Positions 37,695 through 46,951 of a stretch of 64,000 nt of DNA are shown piece after piece. A model generated the notes under the pieces. That model had not been told where the DNA came from. It made no database searches and saw only the letters and a program-made list of their open reading frames with translations. A program made the translations under genes and the position numbers. Numbering within the stretch: the first letter of the stretch is position 1; each line of letters begins with the position of its first letter. The DNA comes from Alphaproteobacteria bacterium (GTDB lineage Bacteria; Pseudomonadota; Alphaproteobacteria; RF32; CAG-239). The DNA lies in NCBI GenBank assembly GCA_017484225.1, contig JAFUTN010000008.1, positions 7,440 through 71,439 of the forward strand. Direction: 5' to 3'.

Positions 37695-37723
37695 AGGTTA
37701 TCACGGAGTATTTGTTTTGTAAA
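37695..37723 (-). promoter_or_regulatory. Sigma70-like promoter of leader L3
   Basis: Minus strand: TTTACA (37723..37718), N17, TAACCT (37700..37695). Confidence 0.5.
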
Positions 37724-37737
37724 GCATAATCCGGAAA

Positions 37738-39957
37738 TTACTTAAAGAATTTATTGTTTTTCGGAAAACCGAACGGAACAAGTTTGCCGATTTGCGCACG
37801 GTGTCCGAGCCATGTTATCAATTCTTTTTCGTTGCCGATACCGCCGGAACGACTGTATGAAAAGCCTTCTTCGCCTTTGAAAATTTGAATATCGGAAATA
37901 TTGCCGTCTTTGTATTTTTGCAACAAGACTCCGTGTCCGCGTGCCATGGTTGGGATTTCTTCGGCCTTAAACACAAGCAACTTACGGTTTTCTCCGACAA
38001 TGGCAACATAATCGCCGGTCATCGGTAAACAAAATACAACATTTTCATTTTCGGCCACGTTCATAATTTTGCGTCCGTTACGAGTTTGTGCCAAAATGTG
38101 ATTTTCATCAACGATAAATCCGTATCCCTTGTCGGAGGCAATCAGATATTGCAGTTCTTTGTTGTATACAAACATTGAAGCAATTTGATCATTGTTGGCC
38201 AAATCAATCATCAGGCGCAAAGGTTGACCGAAACCGCGTCCGCTCGGTATTTCGCTGGCACTGATACTGAAAAATTTGCCTTTGTTGTCTAACAAAACGA
38301 TTTTGTCGGTAGTTTGTGCATGAATTGCGAACAACAAACGATCGTCATCCTTAAATTTGAATTCGTCATTTAAGTCGGCATATCCTTTTAAGCAGCGTAT
38401 CCAGCCTTTTTCCGAAAGAATAACGGTTATCGGTTCCTTTTCTATCATTGCTTCCATCGGAACTTCAATATCTGTCGGAGCTTCGGCAAATTCAGTGCGT
38501 CTTTTCCCCAAGGCTGTTTTTTTGCCGAATTTTTCTTTTGTGGCCTTTATTTCATTTGAAATTGCCAACCAGCGCTTTTGTTCGTCATTAACCAAAACTT
38601 CCAATTCGGCTTTTTCTGCCAGCAACTCATCATGTTCGTTTTTGATTTCGGCTTCATCCAAACGGCGCAAATTTCGGAGTTTCATATTTAAAATGGCTTC
38701 TGCCTGATTCTCGGTTAAGTTGAAGCGTTGCATTAAAGCAGACTTAGGTTCATCTTCTTCTCTGATGATTCTGATTATTTCATCTAAATTGAGGTAGGCT
38801 GCTAAATAGCCCTCCAAAATTTCCAAGCGAGCGGAAATCTTTGCCAAGCGATAATTTGTTTTGCGCAACAATACGGAGTTGCGGTGAACAAGATAGTCGT
38901 GCAGAACCTCTTTTATGCTCATAACGCGGGGAACTCCGTCCAAATCCAAAACATTCATGTTCATGTTGAACCTTGTTTCCATATCGGTTTGACGGTATAG
39001 CTGTTCCATCAGCATGGCAGCATCAACCGTGCGGTTTTTCGGCTCCAAAACAATACGGACATCTTGGGCGGATTCATCTCTGATATCATTTAAGAAAGGT
39101 AATTTTTTATTGAGCAAAAGTTCGGCTATTTTTTCAATCAGCTTTGATTTAATAACCTGATACGGAATTTCGGTTACCACAATTTGATACTGTCCGTGTC
39201 CCAAATCTTCCGTTATCCACTTGGCACGAACACGAAAACTTCCTTTGCCTTGAGTGTAGTTATTTAATATGGTATTAAAGTCGTCAACAATCACACCTCC
39301 GGTAGGAAAATCCGGACCTTTTATTTTGCGCACCAGAGGTTCGTTGTCGCAATCGGGATTTTCAATCAAATAAAGCAGGGCATCACTGATTTCGCTCAAA
39401 TTGTGCGGAGGAATGTTTGTTGCCATACCGACGGCAATTCCCATTGAACCGTTGCAAAGCAAATTGGGAACCATTGCCGGCATTACTACCGGTTCGCTGT
39501 CTTCTCCGTCATAAGTGTCGGCAAAATCAACAGCGTCATCATTCAATCCTTCCATCAGGCTCATGGCAAATTCGGTTAATCTTGCTTCGGTATAACGCAT
39601 GGCGGCAGCGCCGTCACCGTCTATGTTTCCGAAATTTCCCTGTCCGTCAACCAACGGATAGCGCACTGAAAAATCTTGCGCCAGACGCACCATTGCTCCA
39701 TAAACGGCAGAATCGCCGTGCGGATGGTATTTACCGATAACATCACCGACAACGCGGGCGCATTTTTTGAAGCCGTTTTTCGGATCCAAGTGCAGTTGAC
39801 GCATGGCATAAAGCAAACGACGATGCACCGGTTTTAAACCGTCTCTGACATCCGGTAATGAGCGGGAAACGATTGTTGACATGGCATACGACAAATATCG
39901 TTTACTTAACTCTTCTCCTAATTGCACATCTTTTATTTTTGCGTTTTCTTCAGCCAT
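37738..39957 (-). CDS. parC: DNA topoisomerase IV subunit A
   Basis: GyrA/ParC N-terminus ([29 protein letters not shown]). The 739-aa length fits ParC rather than GyrA. Confidence 0.8.
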   Translation of the reverse strand: MAEENAKIKDVQLGEELSKRYLSYAMSTIVSRSLPDVRDGLKPVHRRLLYAMRQLHLDPKNGFKKCARVVGDVIGKYHPHGDSAVYGAMVRLAQDFSVRYPLVDGQGNFGNIDGDGAAAMRYTEARLTEFAMSLMEGLNDDAVDFADTYDGEDSEPVVMPAMVPNLLCNGSMGIAVGMATNIPPHNLSEISDALLYLIENPDCDNEPLVRKIKGPDFPTGGVIVDDFNTILNNYTQGKGSFRVRAKWITEDLGHGQYQIVVTEIPYQVIKSKLIEKIAELLLNKKLPFLNDIRDESAQDVRIVLEPKNRTVDAAMLMEQLYRQTDMETRFNMNMNVLDLDGVPRVMSIKEVLHDYLVHRNSVLLRKTNYRLAKISARLEILEGYLAAYLNLDEIIRIIREEDEPKSALMQRFNLTENQAEAILNMKLRNLRRLDEAEIKNEHDELLAEKAELEVLVNDEQKRWLAISNEIKATKEKFGKKTALGKRRTEFAEAPTDIEVPMEAMIEKEPITVILSEKGWIRCLKGYADLNDEFKFKDDDRLLFAIHAQTTDKIVLLDNKGKFFSISASEIPSGRGFGQPLRLMIDLANNDQIASMFVYNKELQYLIASDKGYGFIVDENHILAQTRNGRKIMNVAENENVVFCLPMTGDYVAIVGENRKLLVFKAEEIPTMARGHGVLLQKYKDGNISDIQIFKGEEGFSYSRSGGIGNEKELITWLGHRAQIGKLVPFGFPKNNKFFK

Positions 39958-39975
39958 TTGATACCTGTTTTTTTA

Positions 39976-40710
39976 TTAAGATACCTTGCGGTATAATGTA
40001 TTGATTTGCAGCAAATTAGCACGCTTTTGCGGTAATTGCAAGTTATGATTATTCAAAAAATTTTTGCTCAAAAAACTGCCTGTAAGCTTTAATAAATCGG
40101 CAACTTCTGCCGTTGTAGGCATATAGTTTTTATCCACAATATAATGCGGGTAGGCAAACAATTTTTCTTTGTAAGGCGCGCCGATTTCGGCACAAACCGC
40201 ACGTCCGGTTTTGGGGGATATATACTGCAAATCCGTAGTTTTTCCGGTTACTGCGCAAGAATAAATATCCAGCCCGACACCCAAATATTCCAGCAGATAA
40301 AATTCAAAAAATGAATAGTAAACCAGCCAGTTTGAATGTGATATGCCGGAAAAAAAGTCGTTGGTTGCCGTATATAATTTCCCCAAGTTGTCATTTTCGG
40401 GAACACAAATGTCCAAGAGTGTGCATACGGACGAAAGAGCTTCGGTTTTGGCTGTGTCCAGCATAAAGTCAACTGCGTGTGACTTGAGCAATTCCACACC
40501 TTTAAGCGTGAGCATATTTTCTTCTATGCGGGCATAAGCGTTGAAAGAAATATAATTCCCGAGCTGGTAAATTCCCAAATTTTTTTTACTTTTTGCTCCG
40601 TTTACGTAGGCCGTGATTTTTCCGCGTTGAGGGCATATCAACGTAATAATCAGCGACTTTTCGCCGTGATTGCGCAGTTTGATTATATATCCTTCGGAGC
40701 TGAATTGCAT
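39976..40710 (-). CDS. recO: DNA repair protein RecO
   Basis: 244 aa with an OB-fold-like N-terminus (EGYIIKLRNHGEKSLIITL). Size and context are typical, but the sequence is divergent. Confidence 0.65.
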   Translation of the reverse strand: MQFSSEGYIIKLRNHGEKSLIITLICPQRGKITAYVNGAKSKKNLGIYQLGNYISFNAYARIEENMLTLKGVELLKSHAVDFMLDTAKTEALSSVCTLLDICVPENDNLGKLYTATNDFFSGISHSNWLVYYSFFEFYLLEYLGVGLDIYSCAVTGKTTDLQYISPKTGRAVCAEIGAPYKEKLFAYPHYIVDKNYMPTTAEVADLLKLTGSFLSKNFLNNHNLQLPQKRANLLQINTLYRKVS

Positions 40711-40713
40711 GGC

Positions 40714-41559
40714 TTAATACTCGTGAATAATACTTTTGTTTACTTTATCAAAAGCCATTAATTCCGCAATAACTCTTTCCATATCGGCGAGGGCTATTGA
40801 ATTTGGGCCGTCTGATAAGGCTTTGTCCGGATTTTCGTGTGTTTCAATAAATACGGCGGCAACTCCGACAGCTACGGCGGCACGAGCCAAAACCGGAGCA
40901 AATTCGCGTTTTCCGCCGGTAGAGCCTCCAAGCCCTCCCGGTTGCTGAACCGAATGAGTTGCATCAAAAATCAGCGGATATCCGCAGTCTTTTGCCATTT
41001 GCGGAAATGCGCGCATATCTGTCACTAACGTGTTATATCCGAAACTTGTTCCGCGCTCGGTGATACAAATATTGTTATTGCCGGAATCTTCAACTTTTTT
41101 CACAATATTTTTAACATCCCACGGAGCTAAAAATTGACCTTTTTTAATATTGACAACTTTGCCGGTTTTGGCTGCAGCCACAACCAAATCGGTTTGTCGG
41201 CACAAAAATGCCGGAATTTGCAATACATCAACGTAGTTTGCAACAATCGGGCATTGTTCCCGTTCATGAATATCCGTTAAAAGAGGCAAATCCGGATACA
41301 ATTTCCGTAATTCTTCAAAAGTGCGCATACCTTCTTCCAAGCCGACACCTCTGGCACCATTGATTGATGTGCGGTTTGCTTTATCAAAAGAAGCTTTGAA
41401 AATGTAGTTTATGCCAAGCTTTTTGGTAATTTCAACCATTTTTCCGGCAATAAAGATTGCATGCTGGCGGCTTTCTATTTGGCAAGGCCCCGCAATTACG
41501 GCAAGCGGCAACTTGTTACCTATTTTAACTTTTCTGATTTGAATTTCTTTTTGTTCCAT
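40714..41559 (-). CDS. kdsA: 3-deoxy-8-phosphooctulonate (KDO8P) synthase
   Basis: Full-length KdsA: LAVIAGPCQIES, FKASFDKANR, FDATHSVQQPGG. Confidence 0.95.
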   Translation of the reverse strand: MEQKEIQIRKVKIGNKLPLAVIAGPCQIESRQHAIFIAGKMVEITKKLGINYIFKASFDKANRTSINGARGVGLEEGMRTFEELRKLYPDLPLLTDIHEREQCPIVANYVDVLQIPAFLCRQTDLVVAAAKTGKVVNIKKGQFLAPWDVKNIVKKVEDSGNNNICITERGTSFGYNTLVTDMRAFPQMAKDCGYPLIFDATHSVQQPGGLGGSTGGKREFAPVLARAAVAVGVAAVFIETHENPDKALSDGPNSIALADMERVIAELMAFDKVNKSIIHEY

Positions 41560-41571
41560 AACATTAATCCT

Positions 41572-42141
41572 TTATAACTTAAATTGAAAACGGCTGAAAA
41601 TAAACAATACATTGCCGTCATTTTTTATTCCCGGAACGTAGGCGGCTTGTAAATTGAAACCGCGGTATCCGACACCGATAAGCGGCAACGGGAGCGGAAG
41701 CGGGATATAATGGTATTCATGACGTTGAGTTAATCCCAAAGCGTAACCGACACCGGCACGCCATTGATCTTCACTGCCGGCAGTCCAATTCCATTGGCGG
41801 GCATAACCGAAATATGTTTCAAGATACGAATTAGAATCCTTAAACCCCATGGCATACAGTCCGGACCAATTATTATCGCTGTCAAAATGTGAAATTCCCA
41901 AACCTAAACCCCATGCGTGTTCGTTATAACGGTTAAGATGCTCCCTATCATAAGTTAAACGATTATGCCAAGCATGGAACGGCACATAAATATCATAGTC
42001 GTGTTCTTGATACATCTGCGAAATATCATTATGCAAAAAATCTATTCCGCGATTAAATTTTTCACTCCACGTTCCCGCTTTGGCGTGATTGAAAAAGATA
42101 GTCGTGAATAACAGAAGCATAAAGAATATTTTCTTTAACAT
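41572..42141 (-). CDS. pagP: Lipid A palmitoyltransferase PagP
   Basis: Clear match to E. coli PagP blocks recalled from memory: YDIYVPFHAWHNRLTYD..NRYNEHAWGLGLG, GLYAMGFKDS, YIPLPLPLPL, NGNVLFIFSRFQF. Trimmed to the ATG at 42141. Confidence 0.85.
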   Translation of the reverse strand: MLKKIFFMLLLFTTIFFNHAKAGTWSEKFNRGIDFLHNDISQMYQEHDYDIYVPFHAWHNRLTYDREHLNRYNEHAWGLGLGISHFDSDNNWSGLYAMGFKDSNSYLETYFGYARQWNWTAGSEDQWRAGVGYALGLTQRHEYHYIPLPLPLPLIGVGYRGFNLQAAYVPGIKNDGNVLFIFSRFQFKL

Positions 42142-42142
42142 T

Positions 42143-42823
42143 TTATTTTTCCTTTTTTCCTTCTTCAGGAGCAACTATGCCGCACGATATCACATATTTA
42201 ATGCCTTCTTCAACACTCATGTTCAACTTAATCACATCCGAACGCGGAACAAAAATCAAAAATCCTGATGTCGGGTTAGGGGTTGTCGGTACAAATACGC
42301 TGATTGTGTCGGTTTTATTTTTCTTTTGAATTTCTCCTCCGGTTTTGTCTTGGCTGACAAAAGCTAAAGTCCATAATCCTTTTCTCGGATATTCAATCAA
42401 CACAACCTCGCTGAATGAACGCTTTTTTTGCGACAAAAATGTTTCAAAAATTTGTTTTATCAGAGAATAAATGCTGGAAATAATCGGCATCCGGCGAATA
42501 ATTTTTTCGCCCAGACGAACAAAAAATTTTCCGACAAATCCGGTTGTAAACATTCCGATAAAGGTTAAAACAACTATTAACAGAATTAAGCCTAATCCGG
42601 GAACCGCATAAGGAACAAAATCTCCGATTTTCCACTGTTGCGGAATAAGTTTGCTGGTTGAAGCGTTAATCCATACCAACAAGCGGTATGACATATAAAC
42701 GGTGATGGCTACCGGAGCCGCCACAATAATGCCGGTCAGAAAATAGTTTTTCAGTCTTTTAAAAACACTCGGTTTTTCCGTCTTGGCAATATTTTTTACT
42801 TTATGTTTTCTTTTTTTACTCAT
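42143..42823 (-). CDS. DUF502 family membrane protein
   Basis: Basic N-terminus, two TM helices, and conserved PTTPNPTSGFL-type and VEEGIKYVISCG blocks. Confidence 0.7.
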   Translation of the reverse strand: MSKKRKHKVKNIAKTEKPSVFKRLKNYFLTGIIVAAPVAITVYMSYRLLVWINASTSKLIPQQWKIGDFVPYAVPGLGLILLIVVLTFIGMFTTGFVGKFFVRLGEKIIRRMPIISSIYSLIKQIFETFLSQKKRSFSEVVLIEYPRKGLWTLAFVSQDKTGGEIQKKNKTDTISVFVPTTPNPTSGFLIFVPRSDVIKLNMSVEEGIKYVISCGIVAPEEGKKEK

Positions 42824-42825
42824 GA

Positions 42826-44598
42826 TTATTTCCTCATCAAATCTTCAATGATAATTTGCACGTTCTCGCGCCCCATCCAGTTATCGGATTTTATTTTGCC
42901 GACAATATCAAAAATTTCTCCCTTATTATTCAGAATTGCCGAACCTATTTGATTATCGGCGCAGTTAAAACATATTGCTTTAATTTTTCCGCCTCTTTGT
43001 GAAGACACATTGCACTTAACGTGTCCGTTGCCGATTATTTGCGGATAATTCAATATTACATTTTTAATCAAAATTTTCGGCTCCGGATTTCCGGCGCCGT
43101 AAGGCTCCAAAATTTCTAGATTTTTACATAAATCAGTGTTTACGGCACTCAAGTTCAGCGCACAGTCTATATTGATTATCGGTGTTATTTTTTCTTTGCC
43201 GAGTTTGGATATGACGTATTCGCCGACAAATTTTTTGAATTCCGGTATTTGTTCTTCCGTCAACGAAAATCCGGCCGCCATCATGTGTCCTCCGCCGCCG
43301 GTAATCAGGCCTTGTTCTTTAGCCGACATAATTAAAGCCCCTAAGTCTATCCCGTCTACCGAGCGAGCCGAGCCTTTCACTTCATCATTTTCTACAGACA
43401 TCACAAATGCCGGAACATTATAGCGTTCACGCAATTTGCCGGCGGCAATACCGATAACTCCCTGATGCCAATCATGTCCGTAAACAAAAGCTATCGGATA
43501 TTCTTGCGGCTCTTTTTCCAACTGTTCTATGGCTTGCAAAACAACATAATCTTCAATGTCTTTTCTTTGCGTATTGTAAGCATTAAATTTTTCTGCCAGA
43601 GATTTTGCTTCGCTTTCGCTTTCCGTGCATAGTAAAATATTTTCCAAATCGGCATTACCGACACGGCCGCACGCATTAATACGCGGGCCCAACACATATC
43701 CAAGATGATACGAACTCGGAGCAGAAGTAACGCCGGAAATCATCATCAGATTTTTTAACCCGACATTATTCAGCTGAGCCATCACTTTCAGCCCTTGTTT
43801 AACATAAGCGCGGTTTAATCCCAACAACGGAACAACGTCGCAAACGGTTCCTAAAGCCACCAAGTCCAGTAATTGCATTAAATCGGGTTCGTTGCCGTTT
43901 GCAAAAATCCCGCTGGTGCGGAGTTTCCGGTTCAGGGCAACCAAAAACATGAAGCCTACACCCACTGCCGACATAAATTCCAAATATTTGTAAGGATTGT
44001 CTTCATCAACACGTTTTGGGTTAACTACGGCATAAACTTTAGGCAATATATTTTCTGCCTCGTGGTGATCTATGATAATGATGTCAAACCCGTTTTCGGA
44101 AGCTCGGTTTAATACGTCAAAAGCGGTTGTTCCGCAGTCAATGGTGATAACAAGTTCGGCATTTTCTTTTTGAAATTCGGCAAATGCCAAATCGCTCGGA
44201 CCGTATCCCTCTTCGCGGCTTGGGATATGCACGGCCGGAATAACGCCGAGTGCGCCGAAATATCTTTTGAGAATGGATGTTGAAGTGGCTCCGTCAACAT
44301 CATAGTCGCCGATAATGGCGATTTTTTGTTTTTTAATAATTGCTTTGGCAACTCGGTTGACAGCTTTTTCCATATCTTTCAAAACGAACGGCTCCGGCAT
44401 TAAATTGCGCAATTTCGGGTTAATGAAATTTTCTACCTCATCATAACGAATCTTACGGTTGCATATAATTTGCGATAAGTATTCGGGCAAACCGAATCCG
44501 TCGGCAATTCGTGAAACTTCAGCTTCATCAGCAGACATCAAATTCCATAAATTTTCACCGACAGATTTATTTTCCATATTTTTTGTTTCCGTTTCCAT
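42826..44598 (-). CDS. recJ: Single-stranded-DNA-specific exonuclease RecJ
   Basis: DHH motifs (IIGDYDVDGATS, ITIDCG, IIIDHH) and a DHHA1 GGGGH-like motif. Trimmed to the ATG at 44598 (METETKN). Confidence 0.9.
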   Translation of the reverse strand: METETKNMENKSVGENLWNLMSADEAEVSRIADGFGLPEYLSQIICNRKIRYDEVENFINPKLRNLMPEPFVLKDMEKAVNRVAKAIIKKQKIAIIGDYDVDGATSTSILKRYFGALGVIPAVHIPSREEGYGPSDLAFAEFQKENAELVITIDCGTTAFDVLNRASENGFDIIIIDHHEAENILPKVYAVVNPKRVDEDNPYKYLEFMSAVGVGFMFLVALNRKLRTSGIFANGNEPDLMQLLDLVALGTVCDVVPLLGLNRAYVKQGLKVMAQLNNVGLKNLMMISGVTSAPSSYHLGYVLGPRINACGRVGNADLENILLCTESESEAKSLAEKFNAYNTQRKDIEDYVVLQAIEQLEKEPQEYPIAFVYGHDWHQGVIGIAAGKLRERYNVPAFVMSVENDEVKGSARSVDGIDLGALIMSAKEQGLITGGGGHMMAAGFSLTEEQIPEFKKFVGEYVISKLGKEKITPIINIDCALNLSAVNTDLCKNLEILEPYGAGNPEPKILIKNVILNYPQIIGNGHVKCNVSSQRGGKIKAICFNCADNQIGSAILNNKGEIFDIVGKIKSDNWMGRENVQIIIEDLMRK

Positions 44599-44706
44599 AA
44601 ATTTGCATTTTAACGGAACAATAATAACAAACAAGTATTAAAATTTCTTTGCTAACAATATTAATAAAAAACTTGCAATCGGTTAGTATTGTGGTAGCAT
44701 TATAGC

Positions 44707-45273
44707 GTGTTTTTCAAAAATAAATCAGGGAGAAAGACCGTGCGTTTATTAAAAGTATTTGCATTTATGCTGTTGGTGGCCGTTTCGGCGTGTTCTAAAG
44801 AGGAAACGAGTTCCGAACAAGCTAAAAATTTGGAAGTTTTGAGTATATATTCCGAGCAGGACGGAAAATTGATTCGCAGTTACGGAGTTGAAGTTGCCGA
44901 TACCCGAGAGACTTTGTATAAGGGGTTGATGGGGCGTGTTTCGTTGGCAGAAGATTCCGGTATGATTTTTGATGTAAATTTGGTGCCGGCAGATGTGGAT
45001 GTTGCCATGTGGATGAAAGATACTCCGGTTGCTCTTGATATGTTGTTTATTGATGCAAATGCCAAAATTTATTACATCAAAGAAAATGCCGTTCCTTATT
45101 CAACCGAATCCATTATGGCTCCGGCGCGTCCGCGTGCAGTATTGGAAGTTAATGCCGGACAGGTTAAAAAATACGGAATCAGTGTAGGTGATAAGGTGGA
45201 ACACCGTATGCTGAAAAATTTGTTGTTGGAAGACGAAACGGTTGCAGAGCAGGCATCTGAAACAGCCAAATAA
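44707..45273 (+). CDS. DUF192 family protein (probable lipoprotein)
   Basis: Lipobox VSACS and DUF192 blocks (GLMGR..L.EDSGMIFD, MWMKDTPVALDMLFID). Confidence 0.7.
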   Translation: MFFKNKSGRKTVRLLKVFAFMLLVAVSACSKEETSSEQAKNLEVLSIYSEQDGKLIRSYGVEVADTRETLYKGLMGRVSLAEDSGMIFDVNLVPADVDVAMWMKDTPVALDMLFIDANAKIYYIKENAVPYSTESIMAPARPRAVLEVNAGQVKKYGISVGDKVEHRMLKNLLLEDETVAEQASETAK

Positions 45274-45293
45274 GGCAGAATGATATTTTGTAA

Positions 45294-45327
45294 TCAAAAA
45301 AAACTCCGAAAAATCGGAGTTTTTTTG
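45294..45327. terminator. Bidirectional intrinsic terminator
   Basis: A-run, ACTCCGA-AAAA-TCGGAGT, T-run, between convergent genes. Confidence 0.8.
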
Positions 45328-45339
45328 GTTGTGAATAGT

Positions 45340-45549
45340 TTAATCGGCAATACTGCGGTTCATTGATTCCCACGCTGCTTTAGCTGCTTGACGCTTTTCC
45401 ATTTCAGTCATAGGTTTTTCACCATTTTCAATACGCGACTTGTTAGCATATTCTGCTGCATTTCTGGCAACTTGTTCTTGTGAAACCGGTTCAACCTTAC
45501 CCATGGTTTTGTTCATTGCTTCAGCATTTGTTTGTTTTGTATAAGCCAT
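45340..45549 (-). CDS. Small hydrophilic protein (69 aa), unknown function
   Basis: Good SD (AAGGAAAcagaatATG). Own promoter TTAACA-N17-TATAAA upstream and a terminator downstream. Confidence 0.55.
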   Translation of the reverse strand: MAYTKQTNAEAMNKTMGKVEPVSQEQVARNAAEYANKSRIENGEKPMTEMEKRQAAKAAWESMNRSIAD

Positions 45550-45621
45550 ATTCTGTTTCCTTGTATAAAATTAATCTGTTTATCTTTATAACACATAAAA
45601 TTATTTTTGTTAATATTGTTT

Positions 45622-45650
45622 AAAAAAAAGAACCCCGACGGATGTCGGGG
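45622..45650 (-). terminator. Intrinsic terminator of the GC-rich small transcription unit
   Basis: Minus strand: CCCCGAC-ATCC-GTCGGGG, then TTC and TTTTTTTT. Confidence 0.75.
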
Positions 45651-45679
45651 TAGAGAATGGTGGCGATTGGATGGCAACA

Positions 45680-45961
45680 TCAGCATGCCATGTAGCGATC
45701 TCCCATGATTGGTTTTCGCTGGAGATCACCACTGTGCTGAGCACTGGTGTAGCAACGCTTGCTGGTGCCATAGCCATTGTTTTCCATTGTTGTCAGAGCT
45801 TCTATGCGAAGACGCTCCTGTGCTTCTTCACGGGTGTAGCCGACTTTTACCAGTCGCATTATTTCCAGCGCGTTTGTTGCAGCTACTGACTCCAACATGT
45901 TGTTGTGAATGGCTCTCCCAAACTCTAATGCCTTTTTACGGCCTTCAACATAATTCTCCAT
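45680..45961 (-). CDS. Hypothetical 93-aa protein in a GC-rich, compositionally foreign segment
   Basis: The ORF has foreign codon usage (CTG, GGC, ACC, CGT) and is bracketed by a consensus promoter and a terminator. There is no obvious SD, so coding status is uncertain. Confidence 0.4.
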   Translation of the reverse strand: MENYVEGRKKALEFGRAIHNNMLESVAATNALEIMRLVKVGYTREEAQERLRIEALTTMENNGYGTSKRCYTSAQHSGDLQRKPIMGDRYMAC

Positions 45962-45997
45962 AAACTTAAAAAATTAAATGTTAAACTTATGTCTAAA

Positions 45998-46026
45998 CTT
46001 ATAACATATTGTCCAACTTTTGTCAA
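45998..46026 (-). promoter_or_regulatory. Near-consensus sigma70 promoter of the GC-rich unit
   Basis: Minus strand: TTGACA (46026..46021), N17, TATAAG (46003..45998). Confidence 0.55.
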
Positions 46027-46108
46027 TAGGAAAAATAAAAAAATATTGTATTTATGTGCGGTATTGTTTACAATCGTCACTGAATTTAACAATAAAGGAT
46101 AAGCAAAT

Positions 46109-46951
46109 ATGACAGAAAGTCCTAAAAAGCTGGGAATTATTGCCGGCGGCGGGGTATTGCCGCAAATTCTGATTGACCATTGTCTGAATACAAAACGAGA
46201 TTTTTTTGTGTTGGCTGTTGAAGGAAATGCCGATAAAGCATTGTTTTCACCGGCAATCCCGCATAAATGGATACGAATCGGGCAAGCCGGAACCGGTTTT
46301 AAGCTGTTTCATGATGAAAATGTGGCAGAAGTTGTGATGATTGGCACTATTCGCCGTCCGAGCTTGGCGGATTTGGTGCCGGATTTGCGCACGGCGGCGT
46401 TTTTTGCGCGAATCGGTATGAAATCGCTTGGTGATGACGGAATATTGCGCGCACTTATCAAAGAAATAGAATCCGAAAATATGCGTGTTTTGGGAATCCA
46501 TGAAGTATTGCCTGATTTGCTGGTAAAAGAGGGACTGCTCACAAAGCATAAGCCGGATAAGCAGGCCGAAGCAGATATTGCCCGCGGCATAGAGGTTGGA
46601 TTGGCGTTGGGAAAACTTGATGTCGGACAGTCGGTAATTGTGCAGCAAGGTTTGGTCTTAGGGGTTGAAGGCATAGAAGGAACCGATGAACTGATTAAAC
46701 GCTGCGGCACATATAAGCGCAAAGGCGACGGCGGCGTTTTGGTTAAGTTGCGCAAAGTTCAGCAGGATATGCGTATTGATTTGCCGACAATCGGCACGTC
46801 CACGGTGGAAAATCTGCATCAAGCCGGAATGAAAGGAATCGCCGTTCATGCCGGAAATGCTTTGATTGTTGATGAACCTGCGGTGATTGAATTGGCAGAT
46901 AAATACAAAATGTTTATTAAGGGAATTGTTCCGGAGGTGATGAGCAAATGA
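46109..46951 (+). CDS. lpxI: UDP-2,3-diacylglucosamine pyrophosphatase LpxI (DUF1009)
   Basis: LGIIAGGGVLPQ N-terminus, DVGQSVIVQQG..LGVEGIEGTDELI block, directly upstream of lpxB. Confidence 0.85.
   Translation: MTESPKKLGIIAGGGVLPQILIDHCLNTKRDFFVLAVEGNADKALFSPAIPHKWIRIGQAGTGFKLFHDENVAEVVMIGTIRRPSLADLVPDLRTAAFFARIGMKSLGDDGILRALIKEIESENMRVLGIHEVLPDLLVKEGLLTKHKPDKQAEADIARGIEVGLALGKLDVGQSVIVQQGLVLGVEGIEGTDELIKRCGTYKRKGDGGVLVKLRKVQQDMRIDLPTIGTSTVENLHQAGMKGIAVHAGNALIVDEPAVIELADKYKMFIKGIVPEVMSK

Noticed and set aside
45622-45990. GC-rich unit considered as RNase P RNA, tmRNA, SRP RNA or 6S RNA
   Set aside because: There is no GGAAAGUCC-type CR-I box, no tRNA-like 3' end with T-loop, no tag ORF ending in AA-stop, and no SRP GGAA/AGCA domain IV motif. 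I kept it as an uncertain sORF.
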